In this document: positions 37,572-49,609 of the stretch, piece by piece
How the letters are laid out: each line of letters starts with the position of its first letter
How positions within the stretch are numbered: position 1 is the stretch's first letter
From: Pseudogymnoascus verrucosus
Lineage: Eukaryota
DNA length: 64,000 nucleotides
Assembly (NCBI GenBank): GCA_001662655.1
Contig: KV460208.1
Reading direction: 5' to 3' (one strand)
Program-made: the position numbers and the translations under genes
Notes under the pieces: model-generated
The model's input: the letters and a program-made list of their open reading frames with translations, nothing else
What the model was told of the DNA's origin: nothing
Database searches by the model: none

Positions 37572-40500
37572 TTACTCCAAATCTCTATGTTGTCCAGCAA
37601 GATTCATATGCATCATCGCTTCCTGTCCCCAATCATCCTCTGTGGTGGGATTGGCAACTTTTAATATTCCTTCATTGCCCGATCCAGCGTGGGAGACTGG
37701 GCGCTGACTGGGCAATGTCCAGGTGTCCCTTTTACGCTCTCCCAAGGCAGGCAGCGGTGGTGGTGGGTAAGCTGGTGGTTTTGGACCTGGCTGTGGAGGC
37801 ATTGGTGATGGGTGGCGTTCTGGGCCACCGAATCTGGCCTCGCCATACTCCGCTGCTGACGAAGTCTCGGGGTTGCCACTCATACTAGCGTCTGGCCGTG
37901 CCTCTGTTGGTGTAGTTTCGCTCGGGCCAGCAGACGCAATACCTATCTCCCTGTACTCGCTGACCGGCATTTCCACAACTCCCGGCGGCGGTGAATATGT
38001 GGTATAGCTCTGACGTTGTGCATCTGCTTCACTCACTTCCATCAACTGAGGCGCAGTTTCAACGTTGCGAAGGCTGCTCGCAATGATACTGCTGTTCCGC
38101 ACGCTGGCTCCATCTGCACGCGGCTCGGCGCCTTCGTTGACATTGTCTAGGGCAGCATCGGCGTCTCGAATGCCAAACTGGGCCATTGTACGCATCTTTC
38201 GAGTAACCCACGATGCCAGGATCTTCCCACGCTGTTTCTCTCCAAGTCGTGAGCGAGGGAAGTCTCCCTTGTTGACAAAGGCAACAATGTCAACAATAAT
38301 TTGATGCTCGTTGAGGATCGCATTGACAATGACGGGGACAATAGATGCTAGATAGGCTTTTCGTGCAACTTCAACCAGGACAACAATTAGTCCACCAGCT
38401 TGGAAGACAGCACTGTTTCAAGAGTTAGCAACTGTACATAATTAAGTTTATGAAGGTAGTCTTACCTGCCACCCGAGACAACGCTTCGATGACACTTCTC
38501 GATCGAATACTCGATATCCATGGGGAAATGGCTCAAGCCATTGATCTCAAACGTCTCTCCAATACTTCCAAGTACAAATAGCACTTGCATGTCTACTTGA
38601 GCGCCATTGGGCCCAATCGGCCTGCTAACATTGTACAAGAATCCAAGATCTCCAGTCCGCACGTACTGGACGGTTGGATCTCCATCAATAGTTCTTCCGT
38701 CAAAGCGTTCCGAGTCAAACAGATCCTTTGACATATAGAAGGATTTCACGCAAGCCTCGGACACTACCCAGATTTCACCGAACTCGCCATCGTGGCACAA
38801 ATGGCGACTCTCTGGGTTGACAATCGCAATTTGCGTTGATACCGGGACCATGCCCGAGTCTTGCACCAGCAACGCTTTCGGGTCCGAGTCGGGGTCAACT
38901 GGGTAGATCAAACCTCTCCTCAATGCTCTCGTGTCGAGCCAAAGCTCAATGGGCTCGATGCACATATATGACCGCGATGCTATCATCGGATTTAAAATAT
39001 GCGAATAAATCGTGTTGATGGCTGTCCTATCCAACCCTGTGGCGGCGAAGTGTAAACGCACTTTCTGGAACACATCAACGCGTGGTCTCCCTTCGGCAGA
39101 AATCATCATGTTCTTCAGTTCATGCAGGGCGAATCCTTTCCCAGGCATCATAGCCATGGCATGGTCCAACATCTGAGGAGTCGCATATGTGTCCTTAATC
39201 TTATACCGAGATAAAGTCTGGAATAAGGATGCAGGGTTCTGCGCAAATTCTACTGGTGATAGAAGGTAAGTTGGCGCGCCAACAAAAATACCCATCAGGA
39301 TACTATGTATAAAGCCAAGGCCACTCGTACTACGCACACATCCCATAACGGGACGCGAGCTAGTCATTTGGCAAGTTTCCTTCTGCACTTTACAAACACC
39401 CATAATCGTATCATGGCCAAGTTGAACAGCCAGGCGACGTTGATCAGGCGTCCAGTATATCCACACAAGGGCAGGGAATCCTGGCTGAACCCATGCCGGT
39501 TGCATTGTTAGACCAAGATCTCTGCAACCACTGTTTTGCTTGGAGGGTTTTGTCGTATTATAAATAGGCGGCATGCTAATCTTTAGTGCCTGAGCAGACT
39601 GCTTCAGATGCTGAGAGACAACTTTCAGCTTTAGAAGGTGGTCCACCTCCTGATTGGCTATAATCGCCTTAACCTTGTATTCGGCAATTATATGGAGTAT
39701 TGCTGGCGCATCTTCACTGAGCCGGTTCTGATCAAGTGGTGCCATCGGTATAACCGTTACTCCAAGACAGAAGCAAGCATGAACTGCATATACGAAGTCT
39801 TCGGAGTGCGTATACATGAGCATCAAGCAATTACCTGCTCTGACCTTCACCTTGTTCTTGAGGTACATGGCCACAGCAGCAACCTTGGTGTCAAACTTCT
39901 TCCAAGTGATCCCCTTAGCTTCCTTGCCCCTGCTGTCAATGGTGCAGTAGGAAAGCTCCTCAGCCTGTCGGGCAACGCGCCATTGTGACAAATCAACAAT
40001 ACTGGTGAAGTTGTTCAACGGGGTCGAGGTCCTGTCATCGATAACTACTTCGCGAGGGTCGAACCCAGAGTATTGTTTCTCTCCTGGTAGGAGAATATCC
40101 TCTCGAGTCTGTGACGCCAAAGGAGACCATATGCCTCCCATCGGGTCAACGCCAACTGGAAGATTAAGAACAGCCCTTTCAACGCCAAATTTGACGTGCA
40201 CACAGGGCAGATTTCCAAGGTCAAACTCTTTCCGGCAAAGCATGTTTCCAATCTCCCGGCGGCCGTTCTTGAAAACCTTGGGTAGCGTGTTTGGTGCGGT
40301 TATCATGACGCAGTATACGCGAAGATGGTGTTCTTGCATGAGAACCTCCATGCATCTTTCGGACAATGAGTCGAGCAATGCAGTATCGAGCTGACGCGGC
40401 GGACCCCCTGAAGTGGTCGGTGCTGTTGAGGCGGACTGTGACTCCAGTAACACAATTGGAAGATGTTCGTCGTTAACAAATACGTCGAATGCTGAACAAT

Positions 40501-43500
40501 CGAAGATCTTTGGCACATTCTTCATAATGCTGACGATAATATGCTGGACGAAGAAGTAACGGAATTCGGCAATCTCATGGCCATGCTCAACCCATTCAAC
40601 CTTTTGTCGAAGGCGATCTTCGTACAATCCCAAGACAAATACTTTTCCCTCGATTACCGTGCCCAATAAGCCGGTACGGAGAAATTCTGGCTCAATTACC
40701 ATTGGCGTTGGGTCACCATGGGCGAATTTGTATGGTCGAGCATGGAATATTTGCTCCGTATGTTTTGGAAGTGCCCAGAAACCCCCTGAAAGAGACGGCG
40801 AGTCGACCCAGATCTCTCCAATAGTGTGAGGGGATGCTAATAATCCTGTCTCGGGGTCCACTACTGCCAAAGTTGCGTCTGGTATCGGGTAACCAAAGGC
40901 ACCAACGCGGACTGTGCCAGCCTCGTTTCCTCTCTTCTTAGCTTCGTCGCCAATCGCGATCACAACGACTTCATTCGTCTTCAAAGCCTCACGATCTAAG
41001 AGTGCCTCTCCAAGTTCAGTTCTTTCTTTCCTCTCCGTGGGTGTTGTTGTCGCACCTCCTCCAATGAGACTACCAAAACCGTTCTGGCCAGAAATTCTCT
41101 CTTTCTCTTTCTCTCCAGCCTTGTCTTTATGTCTCTCATCAATCGATGACGTTTCCGAGCCTACCTCCAGGCTCAAAGGGCAACCCATCCTCTCTTCTCC
41201 TCCAAGCCAATCCCTCATGCTGATCACCATGCCACCGTGTTCAGGTAGGCAAAGCATTGGAGCTACAAGTTCTCGTGCTCGAGGATTGCGCATAGGTTTC
41301 AGCCATCTATCGGCCAGAACTTCGTGGAATTCGCAGTCCACAGTGAGGGTATCAATCAAACAGAGCCTGACGTGCTGGAAATTCGGTTCCATGCCCTTCT
41401 TAAAATTTCGGGTCGTCATCGGATCTTGCTGGTAATTGTATGCCGCACGCTTCAGCCCCGGATAATCTGCTAGCATTAGGGTAGCTTTGTACTTGGTAAT
41501 TATGTGAGCATATAGCCCTGGCGTCTCAACCGCAGCCCGCTCTATCCAAACATTGGTGTGACCCCCGTATACAGTCAACAGCACACCCATTATCATCCCA
41601 ATACCATGTCGAGGATCCAAATATGATAATAATATGTCGCCCTTAGTTGACTTCGATCCTGACATTGGCCGTCCGCTTTTATCCCGTAGCGACGAGTTAA
41701 ATGTGTCGCCACCTGTGTTTGACGGGACAGTATCCAGTATCGCACTTAAACATGCCATTTGATGCATTATTGTTCGATGGCTCATAACCACTCCGCGCAA
41801 GTCTCCAGTCGGCGCCCGCGAGAACTCAATGTATGCCAGGTCAGGTACAGCCAATGGTGGAGTTTCGTCCTTCTTTTTGGGATGAAAGCTGCCGAATTCG
41901 TTTGTCTTCCACCATTCAACACCGCGAGGCCAGGTCAACTTCTGTGCTGTTATATCTCTTTGAAACGCCTTCAGGTTGTTATCGGTGGTAAGTGCCAAAT
42001 GTGCCTGGGTCGACGTAAGAATAGTGTTCAGCTTCACATAATCCTCGAGATCATTGATTGGAACTGCGACGACTCCGGCAATAAAACAGCCAAGGAGGGC
42101 AATGGCAAACTCTATGATCTCCGTGTCGCGGTATATTAAAGCTACGCGATCTCCGCGATAGAGTGAGCTCTTGTCTCGGATAACCTGTGCTACCTTCTCC
42201 GCTCTGCTGCTCAACTTATCCCAGGTTATAGACGATATCTCTTTTCCTTTGCTGTCCAGTACCCAGTACGCTGGTGCTCTTCCTGTGGTTCGGCTGCGAT
42301 GGCGTAACACCGCTGCTATGTTATCGAATTTCGACATAGGGGTAATTCCATCATGAGGATCGTATACCGCGAAGGGTACATCTCGCGGCTCGAGTGGCAT
42401 TTGGTAGTCAAGAGCCGCTGGAGGCGGGAGATCACTGGCTGTAAGCATTGGCGGGGCCACACCTGCCGTAGGAGAGAATGTTTCGCTAACTGAGTATCTA
42501 TGCATTCCACCGGCATAAGCATGTTGTTGTGGCTGGTTGTCATAAGCTTGTTGGCCTGCAAAGTCTGAAAAATAGACCTGCTGAGCATCAAGCATAGTTC
42601 CACCCTGGCTTTCGTCATACATTGTCCCCCTATGGGATTGATCGTACATCAGTGTTCCTGCCTGGCTCTGAATATATTGTTGGGGTTGTTGCTCCTGGTA
42701 CCCTTCTTGATGTTCTGCATTATAGGTATAGTTCGCACCAGACGCCATCGACATAGCTGACCCCTGAGAGGGCCCAGGTGAAAATGGATTCCCACCAACA
42801 TCCAGATACAGGGACTCTTGTGCCTGCATGGGTGGTCTGGGGATATTTAGCGAATCAATGGGTGTCATTCCCCGGGTTTCCGGGTTTGGTGAGAGCTCAG
42901 ACTTTATCTCTTCACTATATGGTTGGTAGGTGTTCGGGGGTGGCTCAAAGCGGCCAGAAGGGATTCTGGCAGGCGATTGAGCAGGTATATCGGGTGAATC
43001 GCTGTATGCGGTTGAATATCGCTGGTATCCCTCCGAGTCGCCGCCATTGGGCGCTGCGAGCGAAGCATGGCGAGAGCCGTCATTTGTGCGGCGGGGTGAA
43101 TCGTCTGGCGCATGGATTCGTAGACCCCTTGGTTCCGCCAAAGATGAAGGCCCTAGGTATTGAGCCAGTAATTGCGTTCGGCGCTTCTGGTATCTAAGAG
43201 ACGGGAAATGTCAGCAAATGCGCCATGCGATGGCTCCAAGCTAGCACTGGTTCGTGTGTCGCAAGCTTCGTTGAACAGGACCATACCCTTTTTGTGTGAT
43301 ATCCCCTTCCTATTGGTAACTATTAGCATGTACCAAATCAAATGTAATGTGCCAATGGTTTGAGTGAACAAAAGCTGAGTGGGAAACATTATACACATCC
43401 CCGCACTCAATAAGGCGGCTCGTGGCTCGTGGCTCTGGATTGAGCATGTTGTGAGACATACCTCTAGCTCGAGCTCAAGCTCCTCGAGTTTGGCGCGCAG

Positions 43501-43524
43501 CTCTGGGTTATCTTCTGCGTCCAT
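37572..43524 (-). CDS. DIP2: DIP2/CPS1/Cmr2 family protein: DMAP1-binding domain plus two AMP-binding (fatty acyl-AMP ligase-like) domains, 4 exons
   Basis: Exons 43524-43462, 43309-43287, 43193-38466, 38412-37572. The N-terminal LELELEEGDITQKGYQKRR is the DMAP1-binding signature. Two adenylation-like modules follow (LAYIEFS..LRGVV, FLRTGLLG; YVRTGDLGF), then FPRSRLGEKQRGKI. Confidence 0.93.
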
Positions 43525-44859
43525 TGTGGGTGGCCCTCGGTCGACTGTTTAGAAGCAGGTCATACGGAAACCGGCACCATTCACGAAGTCGCAAGTTGCG
43601 GTCCAAATGTAGCTCGCATGCAGGTGGGATGGCCCATGTGTTGCGCTCAATCTCAATAAATGGATAAAAAAGATCGATAAGCAGAGCTTAAAGAGGCACG
43701 GTGTAACAATAGAACAAGTTTGTTTCGGTAGAAGTGATAAATCTACTGTTCGTGCTCTGTCTCAGGAACGCTGACAAGTTAGCCTTGCCCGCGCGACCCA
43801 GGATAGATACGAGCCTGATGTGTGGATGCAACCTCGATAATCAGGCCGATAATGACGATCCATTGCGGGCCGCACGGCGCCTCTGGCCAAGGGATTACCT
43901 AAGCGCCAATGCGGATCAACAACAAAAGCTAAACCGCATATTTAAATCGTTTTTCAATTCCCAATCTTTACATACAAAAAAGCACGATGCGCTCGTCCTT
44001 GTTGTGTAGTAGCGGTCCCAACAGATTCGCCTCAGGTTGATGCACAACTGGCTCACTCAAACTGTAGGCAGCTTTTTCTTCGCTCTGATCAAGTTCATGT
44101 TGTACGCGTGTCGCAGTCAAAGCCCTCGAAGGGCCATCTTGTCGGTAAGTCGCACTTGTTTTCTATCCAAATGGGGCATCCCCGTGTATGGACTGCATTG
44201 GACAGCCTCTGACCAAATGATGAATACCATGCTGTAACTTCTCAAGGCCCTATGGGCTTGCTGATGACACACTTGGAGACCTTCTGATATCAAGTCGTCC
44301 AATAACGCGTTTTACTCTAAATTCATAATTATGATGGTTTTCTAACTTTCATTACAGGAAACCCTCCATTTGGTAAAAATAGCTTCTGATTCTGATACGG
44401 CCGCCTAAATACGGTATGGGCTCCAGGTTTGTGGGTGTGGCTTTACCAATGTCGTCGTGACTACAGCTACCTTTGTTCCTCATTGATGCTCTACCTTTCA
44501 TTCTCGTTGCTTGTCAAAGTGGCACAGCCAATGGATAAAACTATCTTTATTATGCATAGCCAATAGCTGTAGATACCGAATGGAGAGATAATTATAATTC
44601 CATTGTTACTTGCTTTGTCGTTGTCTTCGCTTTATTAATCTTCGAGCATTCCTCTTTGACCGTGAGACAATGGACGCTTTTCAAAGGCAAATATGTATAT
44701 AAGTTCGCATGTGCCTCTCATTTGCTTTGTTGTATATTTTTGCTCTGTTTTATGTTCTTACTGTGTTGCATATTCTTACTGCTCGTCGAAAATCCACGAC
44801 GATATACTCTTCTTCAAGTCAAAACAGGTTGCAAACTGGATTTCGCTGGTCGAAATTCA

Positions 44860-46983
44860 ATGGATTCTCCAAAGCAGCATATATTTGGACTTGGCCTCAC
44901 TTTGGAGGCAGATAGCGATGCAGCTCACGCGAATGACGATGGTTTGGGGCTGTTCGGCGATGCATGCGACGTTGGTGTAGGTTGCGGAAATACTGACCCA
45001 GAGCGCCAAGGTACGGAGGATGTGAGCTTCAACCAAGATATCTTTATTAATTCACAGATACAGCTGCTCATAAGAGATGAGACACCGAGGCTTCCTTCCA
45101 ATAACTCCCCGGATATTCAACAGCAGCCCGCCATAAGGAGCGAGTCACCAATATCTCCCCTCAATAACTCATCGGACATTCAACAGCATCCCATCATAAT
45201 ACAGGTACCACGGAGCCCTCCTTTCATCAAGTCCCCGGATATTCAACAGCAATCCGGCATAAGAAACGAGTCACCACAAATCCCATCCAATAACCCTTGG
45301 GGTGTTCAGCAGCAGCCCATCACAGGAAATGAGCCAACGGCGTCCCCCTTCAATAACTACGACTCCTGTGGCACTGAACAACAGCCTATCATAATAAAGG
45401 AGACGCCAGAGCTTCTTTCCGATAACTCTTGGGATAATCAGCAGCAGCACGTCGATGTTGTCAACGCGGCCAACAGTTCACAACCACTACTGGGAGATGT
45501 ATACAATGATGTATGGGACCTGCCATCGCCAAGCGACCCGATCTGGTCTCTATTTACCCAGGGTCCATTCCAGCCTCAGACGAGTAACGACGCCAGCAAT
45601 CATGAAACGATTCCCGGTGCCTATGGTGAACACATTCCACAACAGCACCCACTCCAGACTCAGGCGAACAACGGCACCAGCGATCAAACAAATCCCGGTG
45701 CCTATGTCGAGCACAATCCAGGACAGCCCTCATTCCAGAATCAGACGGACATCAGCAATAGCAATCATGAAACGAATCTCGGTGTCACTAATGAATACAA
45801 TCCAGGATTCGCTGAACATTCTCAAATTCCACAAGCACAAGCATCTTATATCAACCAAGACATACCACATACCACCCAGCCTCAACAAGGCAGCCCTCCT
45901 CCCATCAGCCAAGGTATATCAAGTGATACTATCAACGAGCTCTCCGAGCTCCATCCACTACGACAGTACCTTGCTCAATCTTCGCAGCAGCCCCAGGGAT
46001 CGCTCAAGCGAGTAGCAGAAGAGGAATATATCCCAGTGCCAAATTATGCCCCGATATTGCAGAAACCCTCAGCCAAACGCCTCAAGACCAACAACGGCAC
46101 CGCCGTTCCAGTTCCCCGGAAGGTCAAAGTCAACAATGGGGGAGTCAACGTCAACCCGCGCACAGCCAGGCGTATCGAGCTCGATCCGACACAGTACTAC
46201 CAACCCCTCGCACAAACACCACAGAGCTGGGGCACCATCAACCCCGATGGCAGGCACAGGTTCCGCTACAACGGTTTCGGCGAACTCAAACCCGGGATGA
46301 CGTTTACAAGCGAGGAGATGTTAGAATACCTAATCGTGAAATTCCCACGCACCGACAACCTAAAATCCAACAACCCAAGTCTCTTCATCCAATGCGTCCC
46401 CTCCGACTCAAACAGCCGCTACCCCACAACCATCTCCAACAAATGCCGATTCACAGACTGCCCCGTCAAAATGCGCACGATCCCCAGCGGGCATTTCCGC
46501 GTCGCTTTCGACGAGCAGAATAATGAAAATCTGGACCCGTATCATTGCGCTGGCTATGTGCATCTTTACTGCCTCGAACGCTTCTGTAGCTTCAGTTGCT
46601 TGGCGGAGTACTGCAATTTCGTCCCTGATACCAGGGAGTTGCGCGAGGGAAGGAATAGAATGTCTATTACGCGCGACCATTCCGAGTTTGCGCGCATGTG
46701 CATGGTGTACATGGAGAATTCCAGACAACTGGATCCCCACGCACTTGGCTGGGAATATAGGAATACCCTTTGTAGCTTGCTGACTGGGGAGTATCTTAGG
46801 CTTGAAGCTAGGGTGAGACGCGCTACGAGGGAGAGGCAGGGGGGAAATAATATTGGTGTCCATGGGAATGATATGGAGTTGTATGCTTGGGGTCAAGAGC
46901 ATAAAGTGCTATTGCGGGCGATGGCGGCTCAGAACAGGCCGAAGAAGAGGAAACGGTGCTTTGATGAAGAGGAGGAGGATTGA
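44860..46983 (+). CDS. Hypothetical protein: Q/N/P/S repeat N-terminus, basic NLS-like segments and a Cys/His-containing C-terminal domain
   Basis: Single long ORF. The likely start is ATG 44860, since the upstream part of the ORF looks like T-rich leader. Basic segments PSAKRLK and RPKKRKR. Confidence 0.75.
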   Translation: MDSPKQHIFGLGLTLEADSDAAHANDDGLGLFGDACDVGVGCGNTDPERQGTEDVSFNQDIFINSQIQLLIRDETPRLPSNNSPDIQQQPAIRSESPISPLNNSSDIQQHPIIIQVPRSPPFIKSPDIQQQSGIRNESPQIPSNNPWGVQQQPITGNEPTASPFNNYDSCGTEQQPIIIKETPELLSDNSWDNQQQHVDVVNAANSSQPLLGDVYNDVWDLPSPSDPIWSLFTQGPFQPQTSNDASNHETIPGAYGEHIPQQHPLQTQANNGTSDQTNPGAYVEHNPGQPSFQNQTDISNSNHETNLGVTNEYNPGFAEHSQIPQAQASYINQDIPHTTQPQQGSPPPISQGISSDTINELSELHPLRQYLAQSSQQPQGSLKRVAEEEYIPVPNYAPILQKPSAKRLKTNNGTAVPVPRKVKVNNGGVNVNPRTARRIELDPTQYYQPLAQTPQSWGTINPDGRHRFRYNGFGELKPGMTFTSEEMLEYLIVKFPRTDNLKSNNPSLFIQCVPSDSNSRYPTTISNKCRFTDCPVKMRTIPSGHFRVAFDEQNNENLDPYHCAGYVHLYCLERFCSFSCLAEYCNFVPDTRELREGRNRMSITRDHSEFARMCMVYMENSRQLDPHALGWEYRNTLCSLLTGEYLRLEARVRRATRERQGGNNIGVHGNDMELYAWGQEHKVLLRAMAAQNRPKKRKRCFDEEEED
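45058..45450 (+). repeat. About six degenerate 63-nt (21-aa) coding repeats
   Basis: Unit approximately DIQQQPxIRxExPxxPxNNSx; GGATATTCAACAGCA and CAATAACT recur. A second set of three ~27-aa repeats (HETxPGAYxEHxP) lies at about 45560-45810. Confidence 0.75.
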
Positions 46984-47753
46984 AACCAATGGTTATGAGT
47001 ACCTTTGGGATATATAATCTAGCAGACATTATATTGTTGCTTTTAATTAATGACACATGATAATATTTATACAATAAAGCCACTTCCTGGGGTTGGAGCC
47101 GCTGAATTTACCAGGGCGTGGTTGCTGCTTTACGCACCCACTACCTCACGCTAAATCTTCGAATCTGCCGGCACGTGATCACATCGGTTACGGACCCTTC
47201 AAGGTCCCCGTCCAGTTTCCTGTGTCTTACTTTCTCTTTCCGTTTCCCTCTTTTCTGCTCGTCCCAAGGTACCACTAGCCATCATGACCATGAGGGCCAT
47301 CACACAGGGGGGACCACTAATCCACTGATCTCAAGGTTATGTATGGCAGAGCGGACGAGATGCCTAGTTTTCTTGAGTCTATGGTCGATGTGACAGTTAC
47401 TTTCATAAACATCATTAAGACTCGCGTATGGCAGAGGGCACAGGATACTTCATTCTCGTTTGTGCTGAGGTCGCTCCTAACTTTTTCTGTTTTTAGGATT
47501 CCAGCTGTTGGTGTTTCGTATATGTTTCTGGCCCAACTAGGCCAACCACCAACTGGGCTAGTTAGCCAATGGGTCCAGTTGTTCGTGTTGGATTTGAGGC
47601 GCAGCTTCAGCCTTGCAGCACACGACACACCTAGAGTTATGAGAGATAGAGGAACTACATATGTTTCAATTCCCCAAAGATATAGTGCTTGAATGCTATA
47701 CTTTATTTCCTCATACATATATGCTATACAAAACTTGACGTGAAATCGATGCC

Positions 47754-49265
47754 ATGTCTTCGCGTATATGGGATCCCTACAGCGTCCTAAACATTATCGG
47801 CCGCAACAGCAACTCAGCGACTTGTGTCGGTAAAACGAAATTTAACAAACGATGCCGTTGGGACATTTCGGACGCAAACATTCGAGAGATTTGCATGATT
47901 CTAGATGAAAGGGAAACAAAGCGCCCGAAGTATGCTAAGAATCGTCTCAGAAAACTCGCAGAGCTAAGTCTTTGCAACGACTATCATCGAGGCCAAGCTA
48001 GTCAAGTTATGGAGGCGTGGGAAGACGCAATCGACGATGCTGAGGCGAACTTGGCCAATGACTCTCAAACTATCGACGACTTGAAGTTGAAGCTTCGAGA
48101 AAGAAAGAACAAAATCGCACAACAATCGAAAAATCTAGAACTAGCCGCTAAGAACGAGGATGTCTTACATAACAAGGTAGAGCAACAACGATCCCAGCTT
48201 GCTCGTCAAAGGAGAGACCTTGACCAGGCTATGCAAAAACTGGAAGGCTCCCTCGTCAGAATGGAGAAGCTAGAGGCAGAGGAATCAATTGCGCGCAAAA
48301 AGTCGGATAATCTAGAGCATGGTCTCGTCCAAGCAGCGGCGAGGCAAGCGTCACTATTACAAGAAGTAGCGTCCTTGCAGCAACATCACGCAATTGAGCT
48401 AGGAAACACTGCACATCTACGTAGCGAGTGTGACAACTTGAAGGCAGAGCTTTCCAACGCCCAAAATTCAATCCTACAGGCCCAGCTTAACCTTGCAAAG
48501 AGCCACAAAGCTAGGGACGCACAGAAGACTGAGCTTGATAGTCTCCGAGTTACACTCAAAGTAAACATGGCTAAGCTATCAGATAGCCACGTCGCCACCG
48601 AAAAACAGATTGCAAAGCTTAATAACGCCCAAAACAGAATCAAACAAGTTCAACTCGACCTTCAAACTCTCCGCAACGCTAATGTGGAACTGGAGGCAAA
48701 TCTTACAGCTGCCCTAAGTACACTCAAGCAAACCCGGCTCGATTTTGAAAACAATCTTCAAACTGCTGAGAAACAGCAGGCAGAGCTTGCTAACGTCCAA
48801 ACGACACTGGACCAGACTGTTGTTGAGCTTGTTAATAGCCGTAAGAGCAATGAAGAACAGGAGGTAGAGCTTTCTATTGTAAAGAAGTTACTCCAGCAAA
48901 CCGAGCTTGATCTCGAAACGAGCCGCAAGGTCGACAAGAATCAAAAAGCCGACCTCGAACACAACCTCAAGGCTAACGAAGAGCAGAATGCCGAGCTTGC
49001 TGGTGCTCAAGTCCTTCTAAAAGCCTCGCAGGTAGAGCTTGCGATTAGTCTTAAAATCGCTTTAGAGCAGAAAGAAACTGCCGATGCTGTGGTGACGCGG
49101 ATGCAGGCGCAGATCGTCGAGTTAGAGAAACAGCTGTCAAGAGGCTTCATGGACAGAGTGGTGTTGAGATTTAAGATGTGGTTTGCAACAGTGATGAGGG
49201 GAATAAGAGCGACAGCAGGAGGGCGAAGTGAACAAGGGGAAGAGGGTTCCCTAATGATGGTTTAA
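47754..49265 (+). CDS. Hypothetical coiled-coil protein with an N-terminal Cys/His motif
   Basis: Intronless 503-aa ORF. N-terminal CVGKTKFNKRCRW...LSLCNDYH, followed by about 370 aa of heptad-rich L/E/Q/K sequence. Confidence 0.8.
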   Translation: MSSRIWDPYSVLNIIGRNSNSATCVGKTKFNKRCRWDISDANIREICMILDERETKRPKYAKNRLRKLAELSLCNDYHRGQASQVMEAWEDAIDDAEANLANDSQTIDDLKLKLRERKNKIAQQSKNLELAAKNEDVLHNKVEQQRSQLARQRRDLDQAMQKLEGSLVRMEKLEAEESIARKKSDNLEHGLVQAAARQASLLQEVASLQQHHAIELGNTAHLRSECDNLKAELSNAQNSILQAQLNLAKSHKARDAQKTELDSLRVTLKVNMAKLSDSHVATEKQIAKLNNAQNRIKQVQLDLQTLRNANVELEANLTAALSTLKQTRLDFENNLQTAEKQQAELANVQTTLDQTVVELVNSRKSNEEQEVELSIVKKLLQQTELDLETSRKVDKNQKADLEHNLKANEEQNAELAGAQVLLKASQVELAISLKIALEQKETADAVVTRMQAQIVELEKQLSRGFMDRVVLRFKMWFATVMRGIRATAGGRSEQGEEGSLMMV

Positions 49266-49493
49266 ATGGGCTTTTTATTTTTTATTTGTTAGGTCTGGAT
49301 GGAAGGGCAAGAACGACCCATAGGCCAGATACAAACGGAAGGCGCTTCCCCTACGAGCCAAAAAATCACATCCAATACAAAAGCGTGCACCCATCTAGTT
49401 CAAATATATCAACATCGCCGCATATTATATAAATGAATATTAGAATTAAAAATATATATATACCCTGCCAAGTAACTCCTGATATAATTCAAA

Positions 49494-49590
49494 GGGGATA
49501 TGGTTTAGTGGTATAACGCTTCTTTAGCACCTGATCATCTGATCAAGTACGATTTAGAAGAGGTCCGGCGTTCGATTCGCCGTTTCTCCA
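49494..49590 (+). tRNA. tRNA-Ala(AGC) with a 25-nt intron (49530-49554)
   Basis: Acceptor GGGGATA/TTTCTCC-A with the G3:U70 alanine identity pair. D arm GGTTTAGTGGTATAAC; anticodon stem CTTCT/AGAAG with AGC at 49526-49528; T arm CGGCG-TTCGATT-CGCCG. Mature length 72 nt. Confidence 0.93.
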
Positions 49591-49602
49591 CATTTGTTGT
49601 CA

Positions 49603-49609
49603 TTTTTTT
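49603..49609 (+). terminator. RNA polymerase III T-run terminator of the tRNA gene
   Basis: T7 run beginning 13 nt downstream of the tRNA end. Confidence 0.7.

Noticed and set aside
37572..43524. Two adenylation-like domains suggesting an NRPS or secondary-metabolite cluster
   Set aside because: No condensation or carrier domains. The DMAP1-binding N-terminus identifies the housekeeping DIP2/CPS1 family, and the neighbours are not tailoring enzymes.
44656..44859. Hydrophobic N-terminal extension of ORF 44656-46983
   Set aside because: It derives from a T-rich leader with a short duplicated TGTTG(T/C)ATATT unit and a TTG start. ATG 44860 is more plausible.
45058..45810. Regularly spaced repeats as a CRISPR-like array
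   Set aside because: They are degenerate in-frame coding repeats in a eukaryotic gene, with no identical repeats, unique spacers or cas genes.
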